From Phoronis australis (Eukaryota > Animalia > Phoronida), in contig NMRA01000118.1 of assembly GCA_002633005.1 (NCBI GenBank), positions 868,707 to 932,706 on the forward strand: 64,000 nt of DNA, given 5' to 3'. Shown piece after piece: positions 1-13,500 of the stretch. Positions within the stretch are counted from its first letter, which is position 1; every line of letters starts with the position of its first letter. The position numbers were made by a program, and so were the translations under genes. The notes under the pieces are model-generated. The model did no database searches, had not been told where the DNA came from, and was given only the letters and a program-made list of their open reading frames with translations.

Positions 1-337
1 AAAACAAAAAAATAAAAATAAAACAACAACGTTACCACCATCGGCAGCATGCGTCCGCGTGTCTGCGTCTTTTTAGCTCTTCCATCCACTCCCAACCCAC
101 ACATTTGTGGCTGTAAAGCTGTAGTATTTGTCACCGCGGTTAACAATCACACGAGATGCCATTGAAAATCCCACCACGCTATCCCAGATGCCCCGGCAAT
201 GTTGACAATTTACATTCCTCCGAAACATAAATAGCAACTTCCGCTTCTCGAGGTGAACGTCGTCTGCAACGCCACGGTAAGAAAGGAATTTGCCGCGGAA
301 ATTTTATATCAAATCCGATTTTTTTACGCGGAAATAT

Positions 338-1419
338 AACAAGAGCAACGCGGAGCGTTGAAATGCGCCCACAATTGCACCGCATACGGTATCCTTCTAG
401 GGTTGTTTATTGGTACCATCAAGTGGCCAGTAGAGGGCATACTTTGCAAAATGGAAAGGCATGGTCATTGTCTCCTCAATAGGCTAGGGGCAAAATGTGA
501 GTAATCTTCATAATACAAGCACATCCTATACACCAGTTGCTTAAAGCACCACAGAAACATAGAATTAAAAACAAATTTACCAACATACGAGATTAGCACA
601 GCATTAGAATGCCAGAAACAAATTTCTACTTGGAACTTTTCCTTCACAGTCACGAAGTAACACAAAGTATACACCTGAAGACCTATGAAAATACAGAGGT
701 CAATGTAAAATACTAAAATTGCCACTAGAGGCAAATACTAAAATTGCCACTAGAGGCATACCGGTAATCAGAATCATCCTAAAGTCGTCATTGTCCGTTG
801 TCAACATCACATAAATACACTTGCTAAATTTAGTAAAGATCCTGCAAACGGTTTGGGAGATACAGCCATGGGCGCAAAAAAACAAAACTGCCACTAGGAG
901 GCGCCACAGTAGTCCAAATCGTCTGAAAATCATTGTCAGCTGTCTTCCTTATAGTAAGCACATACACGCCAATTTTCACAATCATCCTTTGAGCGGTTTG
1001 GTTGATAGAGGGGTGGACGCAAAAATACAGACTCGAAAACAGTAAAAATGGCCACTAGGTGGCGCAAACTACGTCGAATCCATCTGAAAACAGTAGGATA
1101 GCGTCATCTCACTAATAGGTGCCTACATACCAAATTTCATGAAAATCCGTTCAATACTTTTGAAGATACAAAGGTAAGCGTAAAAAACTAAAATTGCCAC
1201 TAGGGGGCACACCGGTAGTCGGATCCGTCCGAAAGTTCGCACATGCCGTCCCATTCATGAATGGAACACATGTGCCAAATTTCATGAACGTATGTCAAAG
1301 GGTTTTGGAGATAGAGCAGCGGACGCCGGACGCCGGACAGACGCCGCCCGGACGGACGGACGGACAGACGGAGATGACGGCATAATGCGACCACATATAA
1401 ATATGTGGGCGCATAATAA
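338..1419 (+). mobile_element. HINE/DINE-1-like non-autonomous Helentron-associated element with internal AAATTGCCACTAG subrepeats
   Basis: Starts AACAAGAG with a small 5' hairpin. Subterminal inverted repeat ATGCGCCCACA (363-373) / TGTGGGCGCAT (1404-1414), (GGAC/AGAC)n microsatellite at about 1320-1380, and a 3' hairpin at 1385-1414. Confidence 0.7.
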
Positions 1420-1599
1420 AATGCGCGGACAGAACATTTGAAAAAAGCGGAAATCCGCGTTTCCGCGGAAAATTCCAAGCCTTGCTGTGTAGATGGTTGT
1501 CGCTTAGCACATTTGCCGAGCGTGCTTCATATGAAATACAAAAACCTGTTATCATACATGTCAATAGTCTGAACGCGTACATGCAGCCAATTGACATAC

Positions 1600-4500
1600 C
1601 AATTTCCTTGAATCGTTTTGTCGTCGGCTTGAATGTCTTCTGTATGCGAGCTGGATCGACAATGCCTGGCTTGATAATGTTGTATAGTTGGAAGAGCACA
1701 AGACCATTGCACAGGTCATTGTAAATGTAGTTGACGAAGGGTGACACGCCCAGACTGTTCATCCAGTTGCGATAAGCTGGAATGGAAAGATAAGTCATTC
1801 AACTGGAAAGTAAATATCTGCAGTATTCATCCTCTCTGTAACAAGCAAAAACACACTGGAAACACACTATCTAGTGCACATAAATATACATTTCACAATA
1901 TCTTGTGCCATCTGTTACACCCAAGATGTCAAAGAAACCCCCTCCTGGGAGAGTTAGTACCATAGTATGCTTCAGTGACCAAACTGGAGAGGACAAATGT
2001 TGTGCAATCGCTCAACATGTGGTTGGAGCTGAAGAAATACCAAATCAACGTTCAAGGCGATGAGTGGAAAATCAGCTTGTGTGAGGCTGTTAATCGGTAC
2101 CAGCTGATACAAGAACTCCAGTTCCATTTGGGCAAAAAGTGAGATAGAAATTGGAAGCAAAAAGTGGAAGGAATGAAGAAAATTTTACTTGAAAACTTTA
2201 CCACTTTCTCTACCAACATTCTTGAAACCTCTACAGATACAAAATAATGCAGAGACTTGCATACTGAGATTTACAAGGATCGTTTCAAGACTAGCCACTC
2301 AGACCAACAGGGAAGCAAAGTCAAGCAGTTTGAAGTACAGTTAGTGCTGCAAACATAGCGGAGTGACTTCAGCTAATGATGGATGTCTTTAAAGTAAAAC
2401 TAAAAAATCCGTACATATGTTCTGGAAATAGTACAACAATAAAATGTAAATAGCACAGATTGACCACATACAATAAGTGCTGGTACCTAAAAGGTATTTA
2501 GTTACGCCAACCTAAACAGTTGCTATGTAACCATTATCCCAAACACGAAACCCATGATTTAGGTCACATTCCCCTATAAAACTGGTCACAAGGTGTTCCT
2601 GTCTCAAATGAGACGTGATTTCAAGGCTTGAAAATTACTGAGTTTATTGCTGCTGGAGACCACGCTCAACAGGTTGGCATGAGAACTAATGAGCTGTCAG
2701 CTCTTCCAAAGCCTAGAAATCACATGTGACCCAAGTAACCAACAAAGTCGAGACCTCGCCTGTACACTGACTTGGTCAAAAGCAATAACCTGCAAACAAT
2801 GCTCCTGGTTTTCGGATGTGAAAAAGCTATAAATAAAATTGTGAATATGATGGCATCTCCATTTCAGACGTGACACTGCTACAGTGAGGATCAAACAACA
2901 AACTCTGAGCATGAAAACAGTAATAATGGCAAACAGTCCCTCGTAACACAAATAAACAAATGTAGATTCCTACTTCTCTCCTCGCGTGTCTCCTCAATGG
3001 TGATCTGTTCAACGTTGGTCAGGTCAAGTGCTGGATACGTGTTGAACAGATTGGCTACAAATGCCAGATTCAACTTGGCATTTCCAGACACAACATCAGC
3101 TGGACCAACAAATGCACGACAGCCAATTTTGTCAGCTTCTCCCAGCATTCCTTCTGCACGCTTGGTCAAGTCCCCTTCCTATAAGAAAAACAAACTTTTG
3201 AGTATGACAAAGGGTACTCTACTATAAATTGATAGTATGAGCAAAATGACACAAATAAACGCATGAAACAGCACACCACCTGAGTTATCAAACTTTTATC
3301 ATAATTTTATTTTATTCATAATTCCATGGTTGTGATTTTTTGTCAAACTTCTTGTAAACTGGCAGAGAATGATTAATCGACATACTTATGTTTGGTGCCT
3401 GCAAAGAAATGCAAGATAAAAAAACACTCGTCGGGGTGAGAAAGGCTTGTTATGGTTTCTTATGCAAGAGAATTTCTTTTCTGCTCCAAGGCACAAGCTC
3501 CGTCTCACTGATGACTGACATCAAGTGTAAAGTAGGTGCTTAGAGTGTCTCCTCACCATCTCTGCCATAGTGTTGACTCCAAACTCTGGAGGAGAGATCT
3601 GCTGTAGCAGGTGTAGATACACCACAGAGTCCTTGATGTCTTCAGTCAGATTCTTGATTTGGCGGCCGCACGATGAGTTACGCAAGTGGAAGTTGACCCA
3701 GCGAATCAGGATGGCCTCTGGTGAAAGCTTCAGTAGGTCTTCGATCGTTTCACCCTCCTCCAACAGGTGGATCAGGCCGGGGTGGTCGTGAAGGTTGACT
3801 TCACTCAACAGACCGATCTAGGAGATAGACAACACAAGCTATCAGTTGAAACCAAGCAATGTCAGCACACCCAACCCGCATCACCTCATTTCTACATCCT
3901 TGCCCATCACCTTATAACAAAATTTCAAAACATCCAAGCCACAGTTCAGAAGCGTAGAAGTCACTTTTGAGAAATCAAATTCGAACGCGATTTGCAACAT
4001 TGGTCCATGTTTATTGAGACGGGTCTAAAATTCAAAGTACACATGCGGCAAGGGAACGCTTCAATGGTCTGACCAATGACTTCTAATTCTTGTAAAAAGA
4101 AAAGCCTGGTTTTCATAAAGCTACATGTTTTCTTCTCCACTTGATACGGAACCCCAATTTACTTAAAGTTGCAAGTGTTTCACTACTGTGGAGACCTCGC
4201 GTGCATGATTTTCTCAACCAAAGTTGATCTCTGACATTCATCTGACAAATCATTGTTGTCTGGTTTGAACTGACAAATAAACGCAAATGACCGCTCACCT
4301 TAATGACCTGCCAGAGGAGCCCCAAGATCAGGTGGACAGTGCCAGCCTCCACATCAGTGGCGCCGATGTTGACAATGTTACAGCCGATGGACTGTGCAGA
4401 GTTCAAGGCCAGCATGTGGTTCTCATGACGACGGTAGACGCTCAGGTTAGTCTTGTTGATGGTTCGCTCATCAATGGTCTCAGGTACGGACAGGTTGACC

Positions 4501-7500
4501 ATTTTACTGAAACAGGTAAGAGAGAACATACTAACTGAAGGTGGAACACTACTAAACAACGTACAACCACTGCTACTTCGGCGACACTAAGCAAAGTTTG
4601 ATAAACATACGACACTTTTGTTACAATAGACAAAGACAATTTAAAAGGGCAAAAAGTATTAAAAAAATGACTGCATGTGGCTATGCTAACGTTTCCTTTT
4701 CCTAGGTTTTAGAAACAAATGATTTCTTTTTCAACGATTCTCTTCGTCACCGATTTCTTGCTTACTTCTATTAAATACAGATTTTTTATGACAAATTCAG
4801 AAAATAGAATTTCTCTTAGTCTGCCATGTGGTGTTTTAAATGTTGAGTTTTTAAGCAATGAAATGTCTCACATGTTTGAGTCACTATATTTCGTCAAGTC
4901 CAAACATTACTTGATCATGAGACAACAAACTACGAAACAATGACCCTTGTCTAACAAATGTGTCACAAACTATGTTACAATGACCAGTGTCCAGCAGATG
5001 AGTCACAAACCAGGTTACAACGACCAGAGTCCAGCAGATGCATCACAAAACGTAGAAACGAACATTAACAGACGAGAATGTTCTGAGCACAAGCAAGATG
5101 ACTGATAAGACCTACCACAGCAGGATTCCGTTCTTGCACTTGGCATAGAGGTCTGAGCCATCTTCGTTCAGGGGAAGTAACTCTTTACAATCTGGATCAC
5201 TGCCCAAACCTCTGTCCAATACAATAAGGTAACATGACAGTGGATGCAACAGCATGGAAAAATTAACACTGGAACCAATTTGTTAACTGGCAAACTTACA
5301 TGACAAGACCAAAGTCTTCATCCATCGGTTTTCAGTGAGGCTATATTAATTATGGGTTGAAAATACTTTACTTGTTACCAATGCTAATCACTGAACAAAG
5401 CAATCAGTAGTGTCTTGTAACAAACTTTGTGAGACGTTGCCATATATTGCAATTGGAGAACTCAATCTCATAAGCTTTCATCTGAGACTGACTAGCATTA
5501 CTCAGCATTTTCATTAAGATATGGAAGTAATGACATTGCACATCGCACAGATAAAGTTGAACAATGCTTCTGATATCACAAAAGGAAACTTATATAATGA
5601 AGTGTAACTCAAAACTCTTCGACTAGGTGGCAGTAGTGTACCTGTTGATCCAATCTGCAAATGCCACTTGTTCTTCTTTCCTCACAGAATGCGTGGTACC
5701 ACTGGATGAGGCCTCAGTGGTGCCCCCTTTGGTCTCCACATTGTCTCGTGTTTTCACATGCTTTTTGAATAAACGACCAAAATCTCTCTCCTGGCGTAAC
5801 TCCATGTACATCTGAAATGACAAGAAACAAAGACTCATGATTGTATCCTCTTTCAGTGATTATTTAACCTTGACAACTTTAAAAGAGATGTCATGATATA
5901 GTAATCCTCACCTAGTCACCTGCTCTGCTTCTGTATATTATTAGTGCCAGGGCTCAACTGGGCAACCTGCAGCTCGTCAATGCGACCTCAGAATTTATTT
6001 TGTGGCCTGATAGAACTCTAGGTCAACACAAGCATCGTTGTGGTAGGTGTCCTTGATTTGGCGAGCTCATTTCCCCTATGGCAACCTAGGAATTTTGCCA
6101 GGAAATTGGCAAGTTGACATTATGCTCTGCTTCTAACCCTGAGTGCATTTGAATCAACAGATGATCTGCCAAATAAAATGCCAAGCTAAACAAATGAAAG
6201 CCTAGATAAACACACCAGTTAAAGTTTAGAGAAACAACATACAGGTTAACATCCATGAAAAACTTACATGCTGGAATTCTTCAAAACTGATCTTGTCATC
6301 TTTATTGATCTTATCATATTTCTGCAGCAAGTTGCGAATTTCGTAGCCAGCAAGCTTGATGTTGACAGATGCCAAGGCCTCTCCTAGCTCAGCTTCTGAT
6401 AAGTTCTTGTTGCCGTCCAAATCAAACTGAAGACATAGAGTATTAAAGGTTATTCAAGACAACTACACAACATCATACCATAAAAATTGTTCTTGGGTTC
6501 AAATGAAACATTCAGACACAGAAGGTGGTGGAACCCAAGCAGCACTCAAGAATAAGTTAAATTAATGAAGTATTATTCAGTGACTTCAGAATTTACCAAA
6601 TTGCAAAAATTTTTTAAGTCTGGTCTGCACACCACCTGTTGGCCACATCACGTGAACAAACAAACATAAATCTGAAAAGATTTCTGCCCCGACTGGGACT
6701 CGAACCCAGAACCTTCTGCTAACCGCGCAGAAACTCTACTCCTCCGAGCCATCGGGACCACTCGTCGAACATAGAAATTCAATCAGACTTAGCAGTGGGT
6801 ATCCAAGCGATAAATTTGAGTGTATATGAATACGTAACTCTTGAACAAGTGTGAAAATACAGATCGCCAGGGCTCGACATAACGAGCTGCAGGTCGCATT
6901 TGCGACCTGAAATTTGGAAATGCGAGCTGAGATTTTTGTCAGCTCGTATCAAGTCGCAAAATGCGACCTGAAATTTCCAACGAATGCGAGCTGAGTTTTT
7001 ACACTTCTCGGCAGATACCTGGCAAATATAAAGCAACTATTGTTAATCCGACCATTACTTGGTTGTTGCCAAATCCAAGTTCAAAAGACCACTAACTGAG
7101 AACAGCCCTCCCGTAAGCAAGTCGCGTGACCATGAAATATGCAGAATCAATCTTTGACGAGTTTCATTGGCTAACATTTTCGGCCACTTTTGCAAATATC
7201 CGGATTTGCCGAAGAAAGTATCGGGCCACATAACACATGATAAAACCTGAAAAAACAATGGTGTTTCTATTAATTCTTAAGCGATCAACTTATCAAACTT
7301 TGTGGTGGACAAATATGTTTGTTTTTCGCTTAAGATGTCCTTATTACCTTTACCAAATATCCACGACAATATCCCTGATATCGCACTGCCGCACTGGTCG
7401 GTCCCGTTGTTAGCGCGCAAGCGATCCNTTTGGCATCTGAAAATCCACTTATTCATGCTTTCAAGTGGAGTCCTCTGTCCCAGTTCAAGAGGGGGCGCTG

Positions 7501-10500
7501 ACTGTTGATGTTTATGGCCTCTTTGAGCTTACGAGCATGCCAGTTTTGTTCCTTGGAAAGGATCCTGGATGACGCCAGAGAGATGGTATGCCCAGTCGCC
7601 TAAATATGTTCCCCCACAGCTGTTGGTCTGTCCAGTTTCAGATGTTCTTTGAATCTGGTAAGGAACGGTCTCTTGGTTTCTCCAATGTAGGTGTGGTTGG
7701 GATCCTGGTCACATTTCAGCCGGTATATGACCCCACATTGTTTAGCCATCGGTGTTGGGTCTTTGGGTCAGACTAGTAGGGAACGGAGGGTGTTGATGGG
7801 TTTCATGTAAGAGGAAATTCCGTGGGTTCTGTAGGTGTGTTGTAGGTGTTCAGATATTCCTCTTATGTATGGGATGACAACGGAGGGAGCATCAAGTTTT
7901 TCAGTAGATTTACGACTAGGGGGGTCAGTAAACATCCATTCCTGGTACCCAATAGCTTGTAGTCAGTGATGTAACGATCAGCTCTGTCCAGGAGGGTACG
8001 AGCGACAGAATGTTTGTGCTTTAAGAGGTGGTTGAAAGAAAACTGGGGGTATTGGTCTGTATGTGTGCTAACAACCAACCGACCACGTCTCTAAGTAAGT
8101 GAGTATTTTATATACTACAGTGCCTCTAGAGACCAATGACGAACCTATTCTCCAAAAAGTACTACAAAGTAAAAAAGTGTGCTCAAGAAGAAAACATGCA
8201 GAGAAATTAGTCAAAGCTACATAACTTCAAGTCACTGTTCACCCATAACTGGTGTTTTTTTATTACCGAAGTTAGCATTTACATCATGTCACACTGGTTT
8301 TTAACCCTTGAGACATGCAGACACAAATATATGCACCAATCCAGTGGAAACCTATAGCTGGACACAAAAACCCCAGCAGCTACACCCATAAGTAGTCATA
8401 CACCACACCAGTAAAGGGAGATAACATAAGAGTTGATTACACAGAACAAACAGAGGCCTTCTACAATTTGGGTGGATTCTTCAAGCAACACCCTTCTAAT
8501 TTATTGGCTGATAAGATTAACATTTAACACTGTCAGAAACCTCTGGAATTTATGATCCACTATACAATAGCCCAACCAACATAGAACCATAGAAACAGTT
8601 GAACCTAGGACCTTCTGCTAACTGAGCAGAGTCCTGTGGTTGGTACAAAAAGCTTTTTCAGATTTACTCAGTATATGAATTCATTAGTAGGTCATATGAT
8701 GTGGCCAACAGGTGGCTCACTGACAGACTAAACATATTTGTACCTACATTTTCACACTCATTTAAGGTTAGAATCACTTCTGTAAAACAATAGTTTCGGC
8801 TACTTGAGGCATTGACAATGGGAGTGGCAGTGGCAACAAGGGGAAATATTCTCCTCAACAAGCATAGCACCTTTCTCCTGAGGTGAATGATTGCTCTGCC
8901 ATATGTCATAATACTGGGCTCAAAAAGAGACAAAAAAGCTAGAAGTTTTTCAGTCACGGAAACCTCCTTCGTTTTAGCAGGCATGCTTTTCCCGACCAGA
9001 GGAGTTACTTGTTTTCACCAACTGACAGAGAAAAGCACATCCGCGTTCAGCAAACAAACTCAATAACGCAACGTTTAACGGACAGAAGTCATCAATACAC
9101 CATCACAACTGTTCACATTACTGGTGATTGTGCTAAAAAATGCTAGTGTTTTAGCCCATACAGGAACGGCCTACCCATTCAAATATTGAGAACAAAAGGT
9201 CATCTGTGCAGTGAGTTGCCAACCTACTTGGTTTAGGCTACCCCAGTTCAGAGTCAGTTGAAAACAATTGAGGAACCTTGTGGGTCTTCAGACAATGTCA
9301 GTGACTTCAGAAAATATTGTGAAGTGTGCTTTGTTGTTGTCCAGAACTGGTTTTAACCGTGTCTTTTGGTTTTCTTTATACTCACTGGGACGATTTCAAG
9401 AGAAGTGGAAAATGTCTCACTGCTGTACTAATACAAGCACCGCTACTTTAAAAAATATATTAATCAATAGTTTAATTAGTGAATTTTTGCCATGCATGGA
9501 CACTATTAATTGTGGTACACCTATCAGAAAATGAGACATGACGTTTCAGCACATACCCACTTCTACACTATAAAACAGAACTGTTTGCTACGACTGTTGT
9601 GCAATCAAGTTCAAGTGGGATGGAATGGTACTAAGCACCCAAATACATAAGTCCATGCCCAGACTGTTGATATTGCCAGGAATATCCTAACACTAGTAAG
9701 CCTCATGGTCAACACATAATACCCCATGAACAGATTATGCAAGCAGATAATCAAATTCTTCTTTAAATTTCCCAATTGTAATAGTTGGTGAAATGAGCCC
9801 ATAGCTCATGTTTGCTGTTTTTATAACTGACTAAACCAATATTGGCTTGACTTGAACTTATGGAACTAGTTAATATTTGGTGTCTCCTCCAGTTGAAACA
9901 AGTTATTGGAAAATGTGGCTACGCATTAAATTCATGAAGTTCAAAACTACTGAAGTACAACACCGGGAAAATGAAAAACTGAAACTTTTAACAATTTCTG
10001 GCAAGCGTCAGAGTCTCCATTGCCTGAATGAGGAAGTGTTATTGTGTGTAAAGTCTTTGAACATGACAATGATCATTTAACACGGCATTTCCTTTCCACT
10101 GATGTTGTCAGTATCAGATAAATTGAATTACAACGAGAAAAACCAGTTCCCTATAGGACTGGAGAGCATGGAGGACTGAATCCAATCTAAGGTTTGTTTA
10201 ACAAGGCAAGCTGAACTGACAGAGACGAAGCACAGTTCTAGCCATGAATATTACACAGCATTGCATGCATCCTTTTAACATTTTATTACCTCACAGTACT
10301 GAAGACCACTAAAAGTTAATTGCTAGTAAATCCTGTAAATCTCACTGCTTTCAATCTATAGCACATGCAACCCACCCTCAGCTTTATGCGACCCCCAATC
10401 TTCCTTAAAATTGTGAGTATCTTTGTGAATGCCACATACACAGTGAGTCGGTTTCAACACCATCTTGCCATACTCCGTCCTACGGAGAAACTGAAGAGAC

Positions 10501-13500
10501 GCGAACTGGTGCTTTTGGCTAACACGCATTCTGATATAAGAATACTTGAATGCAAGAAATGACCAGAGCATTTGCACAAGTGAATCAAGAGACCATGCTA
10601 AAGTCATGCAATCCCAACATTTATGTTCAGCTGACGAATGTCCACATCCTGATTTCTGAATTTCTAATTTTAAGCCCTGTTAAACTGGAAGAGTACGGTA
10701 AGCCTAACATCACAGTTTATTTCAACTGGTCGCCATATTGGAAGTGCCATTCTTTACAGGTACTACTACAGGCACACAGGTTAGAAATAAGCGCAATAAC
10801 AAAGAAATTCACCTGATATTTTACCTGTGCACTCCCACACTTAACTGATGATATAAATGTTTATTATGAAAAATATAATGTACAACAGCAGTCAAGGCCA
10901 GAAAGCACTAGAAAATGCTATATCTGGATACTTTAAAACCAGTCAAGCAAAACGTTTTGTTTTACAAACACTTTCTCCATTTGTGCTGCTGTTTTTAAAT
11001 TTTAACTTCAACTCTAGCTTAGCAGTCCATAACCTATTGTTTACTTAATTGATTTTACCATGGCTTCTTTGAACTAAAAAAATCATAAATGACATTTCTT
11101 GTGATTGATTATATGTACATATATCCTGTCTATTCTCACAAATGTGTTTTCTAAACTCAAATACAATCCAATCCACTTAGGTCAGCTCCACTCAACATTA
11201 TCAAGTCCACCTCCAATCAGGTCCGCCCACACCACACCATCAATATTCTGTCAAGTAGAGGCTTAAAAACTGAAAATCTAATCCAGTCCAACAATGTCAA
11301 TGAGTAAGTACCTGATAACAATATGAATAGCTTGTTACATACTGAAAAACAAATAATACCCAAAATTTATCAATTTCTATTTCTGCACGAACTCTGTGGT
11401 TACATAAATATAGCCGAGTGGTATTTTAGTAAAACCCAACAGGGATGTCCCTGATTCCACAGCAACACTGGAATCTCACTGTATTTACACAAAATGACGA
11501 CAACATCTGTCAAGCACATTTGTTGCCTCGCTTTTGTGCTACTGGAGTTTCATATGTTATTTGTTGTTGTCTGATTCGTTACAAGTTTTTCTCCGTTGTA
11601 TATTACCGTACTCTATTCGTCCTTCCAATGCCAACAGAGTATTACTACTGTGCTGTGGGCTACAACTCTGACGTGAAAAAGTTTGATAAACTGGACAAAA
11701 ACCCGTGAATGAGTGACCTGAAATTCTTCGCCAACCCAAAAGCAATGAAAGACACGAAAATGTGCCCGATTTCTGAAACAAGGTCATGCGGTTTCTCATC
11801 TCCAGGACAAAGGAGTTTTATTGCCATGTAATCCAGAGCAGTCCTATTGTCAGCTATACCTACACTATGTGCCATCACATAACTCATCAGTCTGCATAAA
11901 CTTTTCTTGGTGCCGATTACACACCCATTCATTTACATGTAAAAATTTGCAGCTAAGTTGTCGTTTTTAAATAAGTTACCGGAATCTGCCCTGACATTTA
12001 AATGCAAATTTTTTCACATCTGTCTTCACCAGTGGACATGTGCAGTCGTGCAATCATGCATATTTGCAACAGGAATGATTGTGGCAGTTTGAATTGATGC
12101 AATGCATAGCACTCACTCATTGTAACAACAAGTGTTGCTAAGAGCATACTTAATTCTTATCAATAAGATTCAACTCTGATTAGCAACAGCTTAAGTGTAA
12201 AATTAAGCGATTGGGTACATGAACCTCACTGTGGAGCTGTGCCTAAATTAGAGAGCTTGGCACAAGAGCAAATATGTTGGCCATTTAAATAGAAAAATCC
12301 TGTGTAAAAATGCATCATTTCGCATACAAGGTGCATGCAGTTACTAAAGGGGTTACTTGGTTCGTTTCTTTCAAACATTACAAAAACCACGTACTAAAAC
12401 CTTAGATTTAAAACATATATCATGGTGAAAACAAAGTTTATCTGAACTTATCAAACTACACATTCGTATACTCAGATTTTAATGATGTGAAACAACCAGG
12501 TAATCATCACTACATGCATATCACACTTAAGTTGTCAAAACAAGACTTATAATAACATGGGTGGCACACCATAAGGGGCTGGGGGGGGGGGCTATAGCTC
12601 CCACCATTTTCAGTGCTGCGCTGCCCACGGTCAATGGGGGGTTGCACCACAGGGGGGCTGGGGGGGGGCTATAGCCCCCCATTTTTTTCTGTGCTGCACC
12701 GCCCATGTGTAAGTCAACTCTCAGACAAGTCATCGCTTTATAGCAGTCCTGAAGACGAATCAAGTGAGGTTACATATAGTCACCATAAACTCACTACTCT
12801 GAATAACTTACCCTTCCTGCCCATAGTAAGTAGTTCATAATAAGGACTGACACTGCCTCATTACTCAAAATATGTCCTGACCTTACAAGGAAGAAAAATA
12901 AGAGCAACCAGGCACTAAACCAGCTGGAAAACAAACCATCATTCCATTAATTTGGTGAACAGTTGCTACATAGCACTGTGTCAAGTACCCAACAGGGATG
13001 TCACTAAACCAGGGTCACCTGCTGTTGCCTTTCTCCAGTTCAAATGAAATTTCACACTGTGCTGGTGTTTAGATTTGGTTTATTTTAGACTTCTTACAAG
13101 ACACAGCTACCGAGCTGGGAATTTATTTTTTAACTAAATTCGTGTTCATTTTTTCACTTTTCCTAAGTTTTATATAATTCACTTGCACAGTGTTCTGGAG
13201 TGTGTAAACTGCATTATGTAAATAATGATAACAAAGCAATGAGCTATCCATTTCAATGAATATTCTAGGAGTTCATAGTATTCACTATTAAGGAAAACAC
13301 AGCTATGCATCCAATAGACTAAAAAAAGCAAATTTATAAAAAGGCGAACATTGAGTAACCAGTCAGTATTGATCAGCCACTCCTGTCTACTGATTGGTGA
13401 CTAATTGTGTCAACGTAAACCCTCTGCAGAACAGGTCAGTTGGATATTAGTCAGGCATGTATTTTATTGCATTCTACAACAGATTCTAAAAAACACTGGA

